Source: Tubulanus polymorphus
Taxonomy: Eukaryota; Animalia; Nemertea
Assembly (NCBI RefSeq): GCF_964204645.1
Contig: NC_134034.1
Span: 11,978,962 to 12,042,961, forward strand
Direction: 5' to 3'
DNA length: 64,000 bases
Positions within the stretch are counted from its first letter, which is position 1. Each line of letters starts with the position of its first letter. Both the position numbers and the translations under genes were made by a program. The notes beneath the pieces are model-generated. The model was not told the origin of the DNA, searched no databases, and saw only the letters and a program-made list of their open reading frames with translations. Below are positions 24,401 through 37,252 of the stretch, piece by piece.

Positions 24401-27400
24401 CATTAATCTTTAGAACGGGGGGTAATACGTGATTTATGGGAGGCGTTTTATAATGGGGGGTTTTATGAAGAATGGGCCACGTACTCTCAAGAATCTCGAT
24501 TTCTTGTTCAATTTTCACACGCGTAACGACAGTGGATTCTATTATTACCATAAAGTTTATTATGGATGATTTCGACTGTTCTACAGTTGGTTGGTCGTAA
24601 ATGTAAAAATCCTCGCGATTAGATCCATTTACAACTCGGCTGGTGTCGCATGAACGTATCAAATTTCGAATGATGATCGTGGCTGGAGATGGTATTGTTT
24701 TGGTGTATGTGCGTGGACGCTGGCGGAATGAGTGGGCCGTCAAACGACGACATCAACACGCAACGAGATTTCAAAACTGAATTCGATATAATTCACCACT
24801 CGCTTCATAATCGCCTACAAATCACGAATCGTCGTCTGCGCGAGTGAGTGTGGAGCGTGTTGTGTGTGTTTAATATAAGATCTGGTTAATTTAGCGACGT
24901 CTTGGATTTGTTTCGCGTCGCGTTTGAATAGAACTGGTGCATTTCGCACGCGCGTCCCTGACGTTAAATTGCCTCCGAGAACAATCGAACACAATTCAAG
25001 AAATGGCCGCTTTAACATTAGTGCGCGCCTGTTGAGAATGAGAGCTGGCCTCGGGCGCCTTACTACGCGCATTTTTTCTCTATTCAACTTGTTAAAGCAA
25101 AACGTCGACGAAAAGGTCTCAAGACGATTTTATTGTTACCGGTGTTTAGAAGTTTGTATTGTGTATCAGGATGGCTGTGACTCTCGGGCGTCTGAATATC
25201 ACCTGCTGCCTGATCGGAAACATCGTCTGCAGTGGTTCTGATTTCCGTGTCGCTTCCGCAGTAAAAATACAATGTAAACAATTCTAAGGTTTCTACAGAT
25301 ATTCACGTTTTAACCTCTGTCGTATCATCACAATACTATTTTATTCTGGTAGATCTTACTATATTCGTTTTCTACGGAATTAGCATATAGTACATAGAAA
25401 TAAGGTACCTTATTACTTAACTGCCGTATTTCTATGTTCATTAAGCATCATGGGATGTCAAAAATGCGCATTTTCTGTTACAAGGAGGTCCTTACGAAGA
25501 GAGTAATCGTTGTAAAGAACCGTGTTAACCTGGTGAACTCAAATACAAATAGTACTTTGCAGGTTTACTTGATTTTATTTTAAAGACAATACGAGCTTTC
25601 GCTTCACAATAAATAGTATAAGTAGATTCATCTCTAAGCTCTTGTTTTTAACAGGATGTTATATCTGGGGCCAGTTGCGCAGTCATGAGACTTAAGTCCA
25701 AAAGTAATCTAAAATCTTAAGACTGGTCTTAAGTTGTTAAATTGGCTATAGAACAAAGTTGGTCTTAGACTGGTCTTGAGTCTAAGCCATGACTATGCAA
25801 CCGGTCCCTGGAAGTTAACCTTCAAAGTATATTCTATTTGTCATTAGGTTATCCTTATTTATTTAGGGAACGATTTGATGACCTGGTCACGGGTCGTATG
25901 TTGTATATCATAGGATTACATGACACTTTCGAGCACTTATCCCACTACTTGAGCTTCGACGAGTTATGAACTATATCAAAACCAGTCGAAACCGGAAGTC
26001 GCGTGGCGGATGAATACAGACGATGCGTTAATATCTAATCCCCTTTGTTTGGTGCACGTGTGCGATACAAACTATCACTAATAATTTCACCCGAAGGGCC
26101 AACCTCGTGAGTTTCCGTCACTAATCGGATAAGTGGTCCGCGTCCGCCCGAGGTCGTTCGGCATCTTCCGTCAATAATCGCATTTTCGTTCGCGTACTTT
26201 CTTCATGTAATACAGCCGGTTAAATGTAGCGGAAAATCCGCCAATAAACCGCCCCTGATTCTCCGCTCGCAGTGGGTCACTACACGAGTTAAATCTTTTA
26301 AAAGCTCTTTAAACTCTTAAATATCGATCCAGCTGTCGCGTGTGAGTCCGGAGAAGTTTCTATTACATCGTTCCCCCTCACCTTTAATTAATAAATACTT
26401 GTGAATCACAAGATTAGGTTCGTAGGTCAAACTGCGTTTATAACTAGAACGAATGAAAGCCTAATTGGAATAATGTGGATGATTACTTTAAGTTCTAACC
26501 AATCTCATCGCCAGCATAAGTTGATGCTTTCAGATGGCCATATACTCATCCCAAAAATACATGTTACGACGTAGCTTCACTTCGTTTACAACAAGCCGCG
26601 TTCGTTCACACTCTACGTTATTTTAGAACGGTTTTAAATTTGGTCCGTTCCACTTTAGAACCGAGCGTTCACACTAGCGAAAAGTCCGGTCCAAATTGGT
26701 CCGTTCCAACCGACCTAAAAAGACCGATCCACCGTCAATTTGTCACGGTATGACGTGATAGACTGGTAGCGTAGTCACTGCTGGGTGACCCCGGTAGTAG
26801 CGGAGATTCATAGTTTTAGTGACAGATGGTTGAGTGAGGTGATAATGTACACACAGAACTACTGATAACAGAACAAAACTCTCAGATAGCGAAACGTCAC
26901 TGTGAATGTTTGACGTCACAGTGCCGCGGCTGCCGTGTTTGCCCTCTTCTGTTCAAGGGTATAATAATGCAGACTTTTTTTTTCAAAAAAAACATTCTTC
27001 CCGATTTGTCAAGGTTACGTAGAACAATATTCCAAGGCCTCAAAGTTGTAAACAATACGTCGGATTTCTACCGGTGTGCCAGAGACCGTGTCACGAGTTA
27101 CTAAATTGGTATCGCGAGCTTAACGTCTTCTTAATCAGTGCTTCAATTTTCCTATATTAAGTCAAACAACTTGTTTCGTTCCGTGCGGGGGGTATTTTGG
27201 TTATGTAATGGACACGTTCAGGAGGAAGGTTATCCCTTTTCGGCAAATTTTTGACGGCAAATGTTCGTAGAATTAAAGTCAATGGTTTATTCTCTAACTT
27301 TTCTTACGTCCTTGAACCAAGTTGTGTTACGGTTGTTGTTTCGGCGATTGTGACAAGATGTCAGTCATCGGCTATCATCAGCGCTTGACCAGGGGCGATA

Positions 27401-30400
27401 TCCGTTTCTCGAAGCGTTTCAGGGGGCGCTTCGCGAGTATAAACTCCTCGGGTATCACTTCAATTGGTATAATAACCGACGTTGTCTATTGTTGTAATTA
27501 CAGTAGCGTTACGCGTGACGTCATACGTTAACGGTGTTCAGTTTCACGTCGGGTCGACGTCTCTTTGTTGCCGGAGACAATGGACGAACCGCGTGAAACT
27601 GACTGGGATGCTCGAGCAGTAACACCCCTACCACCGGCCGGCCACCTGTCAGTGGGAACCGCAATCCGTACTCGCATACCGCAGTAACCTCCAGCCACAT
27701 GCCACAGTGGACTTTGATGGGTCCAATTCCATCCAAGGGCCCTCCTGCCATTTAGAAATGTCTGCCATTTTTGGAATAGCAGACGAATTTCGTAGTCTGA
27801 CTGGGACGCTTTTGAGAATCGCGTTGCTTTCAGGCTTCAGACCCTCGCTTACCAGGGAAAGCTCTATAGAATCCGCTACTTGGGACTCTCCATTTAAACT
27901 CTGACCCTTATTTCCATCTGGATGATTTCCAATCACTAAACATCCCCTTGTTCTAGGTTTTTCCCTTAGGGCGGAGTATGACCCGAAGTAAGTACAACTC
28001 TTACTAAAAACAATTGATCCCTCTCAGATTTACGTCTAGCAAATAATACGACATTTTGCTTATCGTCGACTTATCGTAGTGTCGATAAAACGTCAACTAT
28101 CGGATTACGCTAATTAATCCCGGGGATTACGTCGATAAAACGTTTGTTGCCCGTAACGCGAACACAGTTCCTATCTGAAATCCGTGCGCAAACATCTCAA
28201 ACTGTTTATTGTTGCTGTCAACACGGAAATGTGCGTCGTGGGATCGCCATTAATTCTTGCCAAGAGGCAATTTGTTTTAATTGGGGACTCGTAGACCAAA
28301 CAAAGAGTCGGATTTTTATCGCGACAATGAATCATTGCATAAATATACGGCGACGGCGAGCGAAAAAAGAAGTTCCCGTCGATGCTCGGTAATCCCCGGA
28401 GAATTCCGGACGGTCGTACGGCGAAATACGCGCGCACGTCGTCCCGCGGGACCTTGCTCGCCAGAGACAAAAGTGCAATTCGGCGCGACCCGACGTAGTC
28501 GGCTAAGATAAGAGCTTAAATTTGATTATTAGTAATACACCTGATCCGGGAGATGATTTTGTGATTATGTAGCCGCGGGCGAGACAGTCGGGCGCCAGGA
28601 ATTCCCCTGACGATACCCCAGACGATATGCGCTCGTACTGCGACGCGACGAGAATTCACTAATTTCGTCCATAAACTCAATTACCTTTTGTGAAGATTCG
28701 GTTTCCTATTTTTAATTAAGAAATATCAGCTCCCCCCCCCGCGATGACACTTCAGTAGAGACAATTCGTGGTTCGGTGCAATCAGTAATAGTCGTGTAAA
28801 TCTTCTTTGATCTCATGTCGGAATAAATTGACATTTTGTGTAGTCTTTGTTTTCTGATTTGTCTGTGACCTCCTTTCGTTCGATGACGTAAAAGAAAAGG
28901 CCCACGGGCGGATCCAGGGTCAATGGAAATTTAGGGCCTTTTCTGTGCTGCGCTACAATTCGCTGTTCATTTTACAGAGATGTTCTAGAATTGGTAAAAG
29001 AGCTAATTATTGCCACTACATATTTCGGCATTTTTTCAGTTGTTCAATCGTGATTTTGATCTTGACTCTGAACCCAGTTTCACAGTTGTGTGGGTTTAAA
29101 TTCAACTCGGGATCCAGTTCGACAGTTGGGTTTAATTTGACCGTGGATCCAGTTTCACAATTGTGTGGGCCTAATTTTAACTATGGATCCAGTTCCCACA
29201 TTTATATATTTATGTCCAATCTCTGCGACCAATTGATTTTACTGTGAACTGGGTCCAAATACGTTCCTTATCTACATGAGATTGAGATTCCCCCTCCTCA
29301 GTTTCAGTGAAAACAACTCTGAATCCGTTTACGGCGAATGTTCGGAAAATACTTGAAGAACTTTCCCACAAACAAATGATTCGGATGTTAAATCTCCATT
29401 TCACCGCCAGCGCTTAAAATAAGAAGACCTCAAGCGCAGACAATCGGACGCGCCGGGAGATTAACCAGATATCGAGGTCCGATGAGTTAATTCAATTGTT
29501 GAAACACGCGTGCGCATAATTAACATAATAACAGGCGTGCGCTCATTGGCTAATTAGACGAAAATGAAATGTCTAATCCAATCTACAATGGAGAATTGTT
29601 AGATTTAACTGACGTAGTAAATAATCACATCTGTCCCAGAAAATCGGCATCATCTTTGTGGGGGGGGGGGGGGATTCTCAGAAGAAAGATACGTAAAATT
29701 TGAAGAATCGAGTTTGATATCGAGTTGTTCAGTTCAGACGATTTGGATCCGCAGTTGGATCACAATTGAGATTGATAAATGGTTTATTTCGTCTATTTAT
29801 TTTGGTTCCAGTTCCTCTTGGTAAGTACCCGAGTCTCATCATTGGGCGTTGAGTAAGTTGTTGCTGAACAGTCGTCGAAGTTGTTCAGGGACCATGATCC
29901 GGACAACTTATCCAAATGGCGACTTTACACTCAGTAAATTGAATTGTGAATGCAAATTGGACTAAATTTAACTAAACAATTGAGTTGACTTCAATTGCGA
30001 CGACTTATCCAAATGATGACTTAACATTTAGCGAATCCTGAATGGGAAAAACAGATTTGGACTCAAAAATAGAGATGAATTAAGCGATTAAGTGGTGACT
30101 TATCTGATGGCGACTTATGATATAGAAATATTGGGCACTTTTTTCTGCTATTTTGGACGCTTCATCAAAGCATAGTCTATAGAAAAAAGTCATTTTTCCG
30201 TAAGATCAAAGTCACCATTAATGAGTGGTCGCTTCGCGTGCGCTCGTCCAGCTAAATAGATAATCATTAATCCTGAACCGCAGCGGCTGCACTCGTTAAT
30301 CCGCTCTTTAACACGACCAGCCGCACGCGCCCGAGTAGAATAGAACCAACATCTTCACCATGTAGCGGAATTAATTCGTAGCCAAATTCCTCGACAGATT

Positions 30401-31594
30401 GGACCGAACATCTGCCCCCTCTATAGAATATCTGACCATCGACCCACCCGCCGCCTGACCGTCAAACAGAACGACACCCGCCGCCTGACCACAATGACCG
30501 CCAAGACGCAAACAATATTTCGATACAAAATAACTTTTCTTCGAAAGGCCAAGCGAACAAACAATATTCTTCGATTCACTTCGCGTACACTTCCACGGTC
30601 TTTGGCTGCTTGGGATAAGACCAGACTGAGCATGATACAGGGCCACCAATCAATAGGCCTCTTATTGTGTTAACTATGTTTCAAAATCTGGACAAAGGCT
30701 CACGGCGGGGACACAACACTGGACCCTGCGAGTTAGTATTTGACTAGATGATGAGGTCATTTCGACACGGAAACTCAAATTCATAAACTGGAAATATGGA
30801 CTCTGAATCGAATATTTTGTCGTTTGAGAGTCCATGCTGGAACTGAACGATTCTTCAAGTACATGTATACACCAGTGGTCACTCACAAATATTTGCGGTC
30901 GAAAGATTTCCATTTAAAAAAGTCATTAACTTCGAAACAAAAACAAACAGAGCTCGCGGGAAACATGCTTATCATTTTGTGGGCCTGAAAAATAAAACAT
31001 TCTCAATAGTGAACGCATTATTGTTTGGTGGTCGGCACGCGCGTTTGTCACTGACCTCACCACCTCCAAGGGGCGCATCCACAACCCTGTATTCAAACTG
31101 GATTCAATCAATGCCTCAGTCATTCACAGACTACACAACAATCGCCAATACAGATTTTATTGTTCTGTGTTGATCTGGGCGACATCATCTCGGACACCTG
31201 GTCGCGAATAACATCTTCCAAGATGTGGCACTGATAAAGCACGGAGTTTTCCATCGAAAATGCGCCCAGATTTTAATCGGTGGCCCTCGAATAACTCAAC
31301 AGTCAAATAAGCTCAATCCCCCAGAACTAGATAGAAGTTCAGTTCTGTGGTTTTGGTTTTTGTTTCAAATTGCGTTACAATACAGTCAAAGTCCGTTTCA
31401 ACACTACCAACCCCTTCAACGTTTTTCAGAGAACAAATTTGCTCAATAAAACCCGAATTCATTGGGAATTTCATGCTTTATAACACGCAATTCGGTAATG
31501 TTTTTCCCTGGATATATATCTGAATTAACAGAAGTCACGAAGTTTTGAATCTCAAAACTAAAGCCGATCAAATATTTTCTTCCAATACGGCAAT

Positions 31595-31815
31595 TCTGTG
31601 GCAGGTGCGCGCTGCGGTCATCAACGCACAATGACTTCCGGTACTTCAAGATGGTCGTCTGTCCATTGTTATATCGATGGTTTCCTAATCGGCCAATCAG
31701 CGGGCTGCTTCATTTGAAACACACCGCCTCCCGTCATAAATCCCAATCTTAAACCATCGACACCTCGTCTGCCAATACACGTTAACATTTCATGTCCGTA
31801 TAGTCCATGGTAAAG
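31595..31815 (+). promoter_or_regulatory. Putative NeuroD core promoter and short non-coding first exon
   Basis: E-box CAGGTG (~31602), GGCCAATCAG CCAAT box (~31691) and TATA-like CATAAAT (~31735). A donor-like ATG|GTAAAG (~31810) could splice to the acceptor at 32154. A non-coding exon 1 is known for vertebrate NeuroD1; here it is inferred only. Confidence 0.45.
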
Positions 31816-32180
31816 GTCGCAAGGACATAGCAATCACGTATTGTTTTAGAAGGTGAAATATGTTTTTCATATTTCGAATTGCAGTTCCAACATTTCGTTT
31901 GTTTGTCTTGCTCGAAGTTGTTCGGAGCTTGGTTTCGGCCAAGCTTGAGTCATTGAACCTCATGACAGGACCGCGGGCCTTTAAAGTGTTGGGAAAGATT
32001 CCTTTCAAAATAAGATGTCAAATAAACTTGACATGAACCTATATAGAATGTAACTGACCAACTGTGCAGCTGGACCCCACTATGCTTGTAGCTATGATCT
32101 AGATCTTTGGTATGTTTGTGCATTCTAACGATTATGATTTTTGTGTAATTTCAGGTTTTCATTTTTGGTTTGTCGAGAAA

Positions 32181-33398
32181 ATGCCCATTAAAAGCGAGAC
32201 GGACTCGGATGCCGCGTCGAGCATCTTACTCGATCTGGAGGACGACATGCTTCTCGAGAATTTAAACGACGAATTCCTGGCCGCGCAGAGTCTCGACGTC
32301 GCCGACGACGACGAACAGACTAAAGACAACTCGGACGATAGCGGCGAGAACAAGCCGAAAAAACGCGGACGCAAGAAAAAAGACGACAACAACCCGGACG
32401 AACCGAAAATACCGAAAAAACGCGGACCGAAAAAGAAAAAAATGACGAAACAGCGAATTTTCAAGTTGAAAGTACGACGCGTGAAAGCGAATACGCGAGA
32501 ACGTAACAGAATGCACGGTTTAAACGACGCGTTAGATGTTTTACGTGAACACGTTCCCTGTTACAGCAAAACTCAAAAACTATCGAAAATAGAAACTCTC
32601 CGTCTGGCGCGGAACTACATCGACGCGCTGGCCGACATTTTGAAAGCCGGTCGTAAACCGGATACGATCGCGTTCGCGAAACGACTATCGAAAGGACTAT
32701 CGCAGAACACGATGAATCTGGTGGCTGGGTGTTTGCAGCTGAATCCGCGAACGTTGTTACCGGATAACGAACTGGCGAAACAGTATCCCGGATGCAATAT
32801 GTACCAGCAGCCGATGACCGGGTTCAATCCGAACGGGATTTCATCATTACTCGGGTTCCCGCCGTTCTTCCCCGGAGGTATGCCGCAGGACGTCCATCAT
32901 CGGCCGCAAATGCACTCTCCGCCGCTCGTGCCTTCCACAATCTGCAATAACAACAATCCGTATTCGCCACCAGCGCCTCTACCGGTCGCTAATAACATTA
33001 TGACGACATCCAACGCGAACCTGATGACGTCACGAGCGTCGCCTGTGATGTCCGGCGCGCCGATGATGCCCCCTAGCGGCGTGTCGACGCTCAGCCCGAT
33101 ACACGCCGATAATTTCGTCGCAGATTTGCCGACCGGGTCGATGACGTCATCGACGAACTATCACGTGCCGTTCGTATCCGGACAACCGAATCCGAACGGG
33201 CGATTGTTGACCGGTAATTACCATGACAACGACGTATACGTCAACAACGCGATCGGTGCCGACATGGACGCTATGCAGTACATGAAAAACGTTCCCATTA
33301 ACGGACAATCGTCAGTGCCCCCTTGCGGAGCTGACATGAACATGTTTCAAACTCAAGGTCATTGCTTGGGTATGTTCAATTACGATGGTCAATTTTAA
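32181..33398 (+). CDS. NeuroD: Neurogenic differentiation factor (NeuroD) bHLH transcription factor, 405 aa, single coding exon
   Basis: [61 protein letters not shown] (atonal-family bHLH), followed by the NeuroD-specific [20 protein letters not shown]. The acceptor tttcag ending at 32154 makes ATG 32181 the likely start. Confidence 0.97.
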   Translation: MPIKSETDSDAASSILLDLEDDMLLENLNDEFLAAQSLDVADDDEQTKDNSDDSGENKPKKRGRKKKDDNNPDEPKIPKKRGPKKKKMTKQRIFKLKVRRVKANTRERNRMHGLNDALDVLREHVPCYSKTQKLSKIETLRLARNYIDALADILKAGRKPDTIAFAKRLSKGLSQNTMNLVAGCLQLNPRTLLPDNELAKQYPGCNMYQQPMTGFNPNGISSLLGFPPFFPGGMPQDVHHRPQMHSPPLVPSTICNNNNPYSPPAPLPVANNIMTTSNANLMTSRASPVMSGAPMMPPSGVSTLSPIHADNFVADLPTGSMTSSTNYHVPFVSGQPNPNGRLLTGNYHDNDVYVNNAIGADMDAMQYMKNVPINGQSSVPPCGADMNMFQTQGHCLGMFNYDGQF

Positions 33399-36300
33399 AA
33401 CGCGAATTTGATTTTCAAAATACCCACCGATAAAAAACTATGAAAGGGACTACGTTTTTAGTCACATAGAAGGATAAGACTTACGAAAAAGACTATAGTT
33501 TTAGTCATTCGACTAAAAGGCTGAAATCTCTCATATATATATATTTTATATAGAAGAAATAAAACACTTTATGTGACACTAATATGCAATATTTGTCTGT
33601 ATTTTAACCCGAAACTTGCAGTATTTAAATCCAATATTGATGATAACGACTCATTATGCAAATCAGATATATCTATATATATCTAGCTATATATTTAATT
33701 TTATAAACACGTGTACAAATGTAAATAAAACCGATTCATAATTATTATTATACAATATATCCACAGACTTCTTCAACTTTATTGTTTAGGTTTTAGTGGA
33801 CCATCATCTTTTAACTGGTTACAGGCTCAACACGAGAATGGATTGGTGTTTGGCCCAAGTTTTCAGGTTTTGCCTATAGATAAATGTCTATCCTGACCAT
33901 ACATAGCGTAGTATACTTTCCGAGGGATGATTCTAAAGGACTGGGTATCACAGTTATCCCTATACTGATAAATCCTTAGACACGCTGAGCCATGTTTTAC
34001 GTAATGGTATAAAACATTGACTTAAAATTGATACCTTGTTTCTCATTTCTGGTGAGCTCAAAAGTTGACCCGGCCGGCCGTCTATCTACCCTGTACATTA
34101 CTTTTTCAAGATCATGATTAGGCTAACAATAACAGACCCGGCAGTTATAGAAATGAACTGATTACAAATTTCATTACGGTTTACAAAGCGACCCGGCCGA
34201 ATAGGAGAAACAAGCTTATTTCATTTTTTTCTAGAGGACATTTTAGCGCAGTGATACACTATCCCGAGGGACCAATAAAAATGAAGAAGTTATCGTCGAT
34301 GTGACATTTCCACTAAAACAGGGAGGAAAGTTTTTTTTACGTACAATCTCTTTACTCTGTGTGATAATCCTGATGAAATACTCCGAGTCCGTGTTGTAAA
34401 GTAGTTTGTAATGAGGAACCAACACGAACGGAAAAGTGACATGACACGTTACGTTGTCGTTATTTCAAACAGAGAGGAAGACTCCATACATTTACAATCG
34501 GAATCAACGTTTGGAATCATGTTTATATGATGATAAACATTCTGATTCCGTGATGTAAAACGGATAGAATTTCTCAATACAAAAGAGAACGAGTCGGAAA
34601 CGTTTCCTTGAGCAGTAGTTTGTAGCTAGATAGACTAACTTGCTCAAACTCAAGAGATTCTTCTTTTGTTCTTTTACACTTTATCGTATACTTTTTATAG
34701 AGACACGATTGCGAAGTTATCATTCTTTCATGAGGATTAATTGCGAATAGGAATTCTTGGTCGCCAGACGCCGAGGCCGCACGAGCACGTGTTCTATATC
34801 AACACGCTGCCGTACCCGGTTGTTATTCAACTCCTCCCTCGACTATTGAGGGAATATTTTCATTATACTAGATTATGATTATTATTGTAGAATTTTCGAA
34901 TAATTCTTAATTTTTACAACTTTTATTAAGCAGTCGAAAATCCGTTGTATTGATGATTATTTTGATTCAGGGGCTCGACATTCTAATCCTGAGTTGTATG
35001 TGTTTATTCGGTGACGCGCGTTCAAAAAGCTTTTTAAATGAGTTTTTCGGTGTCGGGCTATTTTTTTCTGGACTGACACTCGTGACTTTTGTCCGATGGA
35101 CACCTGGTGGTGGTCACGCAGCTTTCCAAATGCGGGCGGACGGTAAGGCAAAAATCACTTCTCTATAAAACAGAAACAATAAAAAACAATCGAAGCCATT
35201 TTGATCTGCTGCGTGCCACCAACAAAAATAAACCAATAAAAAAAGCGTCTTGGTTTCGAATCGGTGACCATAGCGGCACAACAATCCAAATGCGATCGAT
35301 AACAGTTTGAATTAACCAATAGGGCGTCGGTCTGAAAATGACCGTTACAGTTTGTCAACAATAATGGCTGCCAATCGAGTCGAAACCTTAACGGATTATA
35401 TTTTTCGCCTTTACAAGTTTAGACAATGCTGTAACGCGACGCGAACGACCGTTCCGGAATAGGGGTATTATCAGACGGCACGTGTCCGGCTCGTTCGGCC
35501 GTTTGACCCCGCCCGGAGGCTTTCGGACAGTCCGGCCATCTGCACGTCGGTTTCATTATAAAAATAGTCGCCACCGTCGCGAAAAATAACGGACCAGATT
35601 TTTTTGTGAATTGATTTTGACACCAGGTTTTTTTTTTAGGAGATATATCGATAACACTTGAAGGTTTATAATGAGAAATGGATAGTTGCCCGGTGCCGCG
35701 AACAAAAACGAAATAGGTTCAGATTTAATGTTTAGAATTCTTGCAAAAGAATAAAAGATGATTTATTCGGTACCAAACAACCATCTGGTCTTAATGTGTT
35801 GAATGTGCGAGCGACAAAAAAAAACCCAACTCAGTCTGATTTATTTTGCACGCGAGGACGCTGAGGTCGAACATTGATCAAATAGTCAAATTAAATTAAA
35901 CATGTTTGGAGACTGAAACCACAGACAGGGTCCCGAGTCAAATAAACTAACACAGCTGTGAAAAACGGTTCAGAGTCATATTTAACCCACGAAACTGTGA
36001 AACTGGGTGCAGTGGCAAAACAAACCCGCACAACTGTGGAACTGTCGAAGGTGGGTTCAGATCCACGTGGAACTGGGTAAAATCAAACCCACAAAACTGT
36101 GTAGCTGGATCTAGAGTCAAATTGACACTTCAACATGGAACCATAGGTCCAGTGGCAAACTAAGCCCACGTGGAAAAAGGTCCGCAACTATGGGACTGAG
36201 TTCAGAGTTATAGCCCACAGAATCTACAATATTGGTCGAACTTTTGTGAAGAATCGAATGAAATGCACATTTCAATTACGCGATTTGTGTGTATTGGACC

Positions 36301-37181
36301 ACATCAGGAGCGCATCAACACAAAACCGCAGAATCAATGCTCAAATAATGACAATCATACGTCTAATTCGACCGCGTGTGTGTCGTGGCTATTGTAGTTC
36401 AAGTTAATGATTGTACAAGTTATAACTCACAGTCGATATTAGAGTAGTTGAGATGAGTTCGGGTTTATTGTTAGCCGCACGGGCGCGACCGAGTGTCCAT
36501 CATCCGACCATTGTTTACACATCCTCGGCCAGGTGATACGGTGACTATAGGATACCGCCCAGCCTCTTCACCGGTTGCATTTATTTCATAGAGATGATGA
36601 TGGTACGATTTCGAACATAGCGTATAATTAAATCTAACGGTATTGAACTACACTTTGAGATTTCAATTACCCTTAGGTCACTACAGTCCACATCTTTGAG
36701 CGCCGCGTGAGGCGTTTTGAAGATTCGATTCTGAACAACACAGTTTGAATCACGGATTCTCAGCGCCAATGTCGTCTGCCATTAGATAACCAACGAGCAC
36801 CTGCTCGGGTTAGGACAACTTACATAGCAGACATTAGGTACAATTTTGTTTTGAAGGGTTGACAAGTTACCACACATTTCTGTCAATAACGCGACTCATG
36901 ATGGGCCAACTGCACCCCCTGACGGAGAAACCCATCCTCATCGGAGCTGCACCGTCGATTTCATATTACTACACTTCGGATACCAGGACCGCACTCTTAT
37001 CTGGATAATTTGCGTTTCCAAACGTGCTTCCTTTCTTTCTAGTCTACACGCGGGACATTCAACTTAGAGGATTTTTATAACAACATCTACTCGAAACATA
37101 ACGGGACCCAGCCCTACTCCGACTGCCCCAACGTTCCTTGGAGAGAATTTATCTGTTCCCGTCTGATCCTGATCCGGACTA

Positions 37182-37252
37182 GTATTACCTTTAACCCTAG
37201 GGCTAAATGAATTGATAATGCATTGAGTTAGCCCCAGGGTTAAAGGTAATAC
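37182..37252. other. 71-nt near-perfect hairpin
   Basis: gtattacctttaaccctagggctaa / ttagccccagggttaaaggtaatac forms a 25-bp stem with one mismatch. Confidence 0.85.

Noticed and set aside
24285-24743. 152-aa minus-strand ORF
   Set aside because: Non-ATG start, no domain and no convincing splice context.
25585-25645. Further hammerhead-like remnants (gcgaaagctc on minus; also ~44600-44630)
   Set aside because: The CUGANGA core is not intact, so they are too degenerate to call.
32112-32180. Upstream in-frame ATG extending NeuroD to 428 aa
   Set aside because: It lies upstream of a good splice acceptor (ending 32154) in intron-like T-rich sequence.
37030-37210. Acceptor-like ctttctttctag followed by an open frame (STRGTFNLEDFYNNIYSKH...)
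   Set aside because: No donor, partner exons or recognisable homology.
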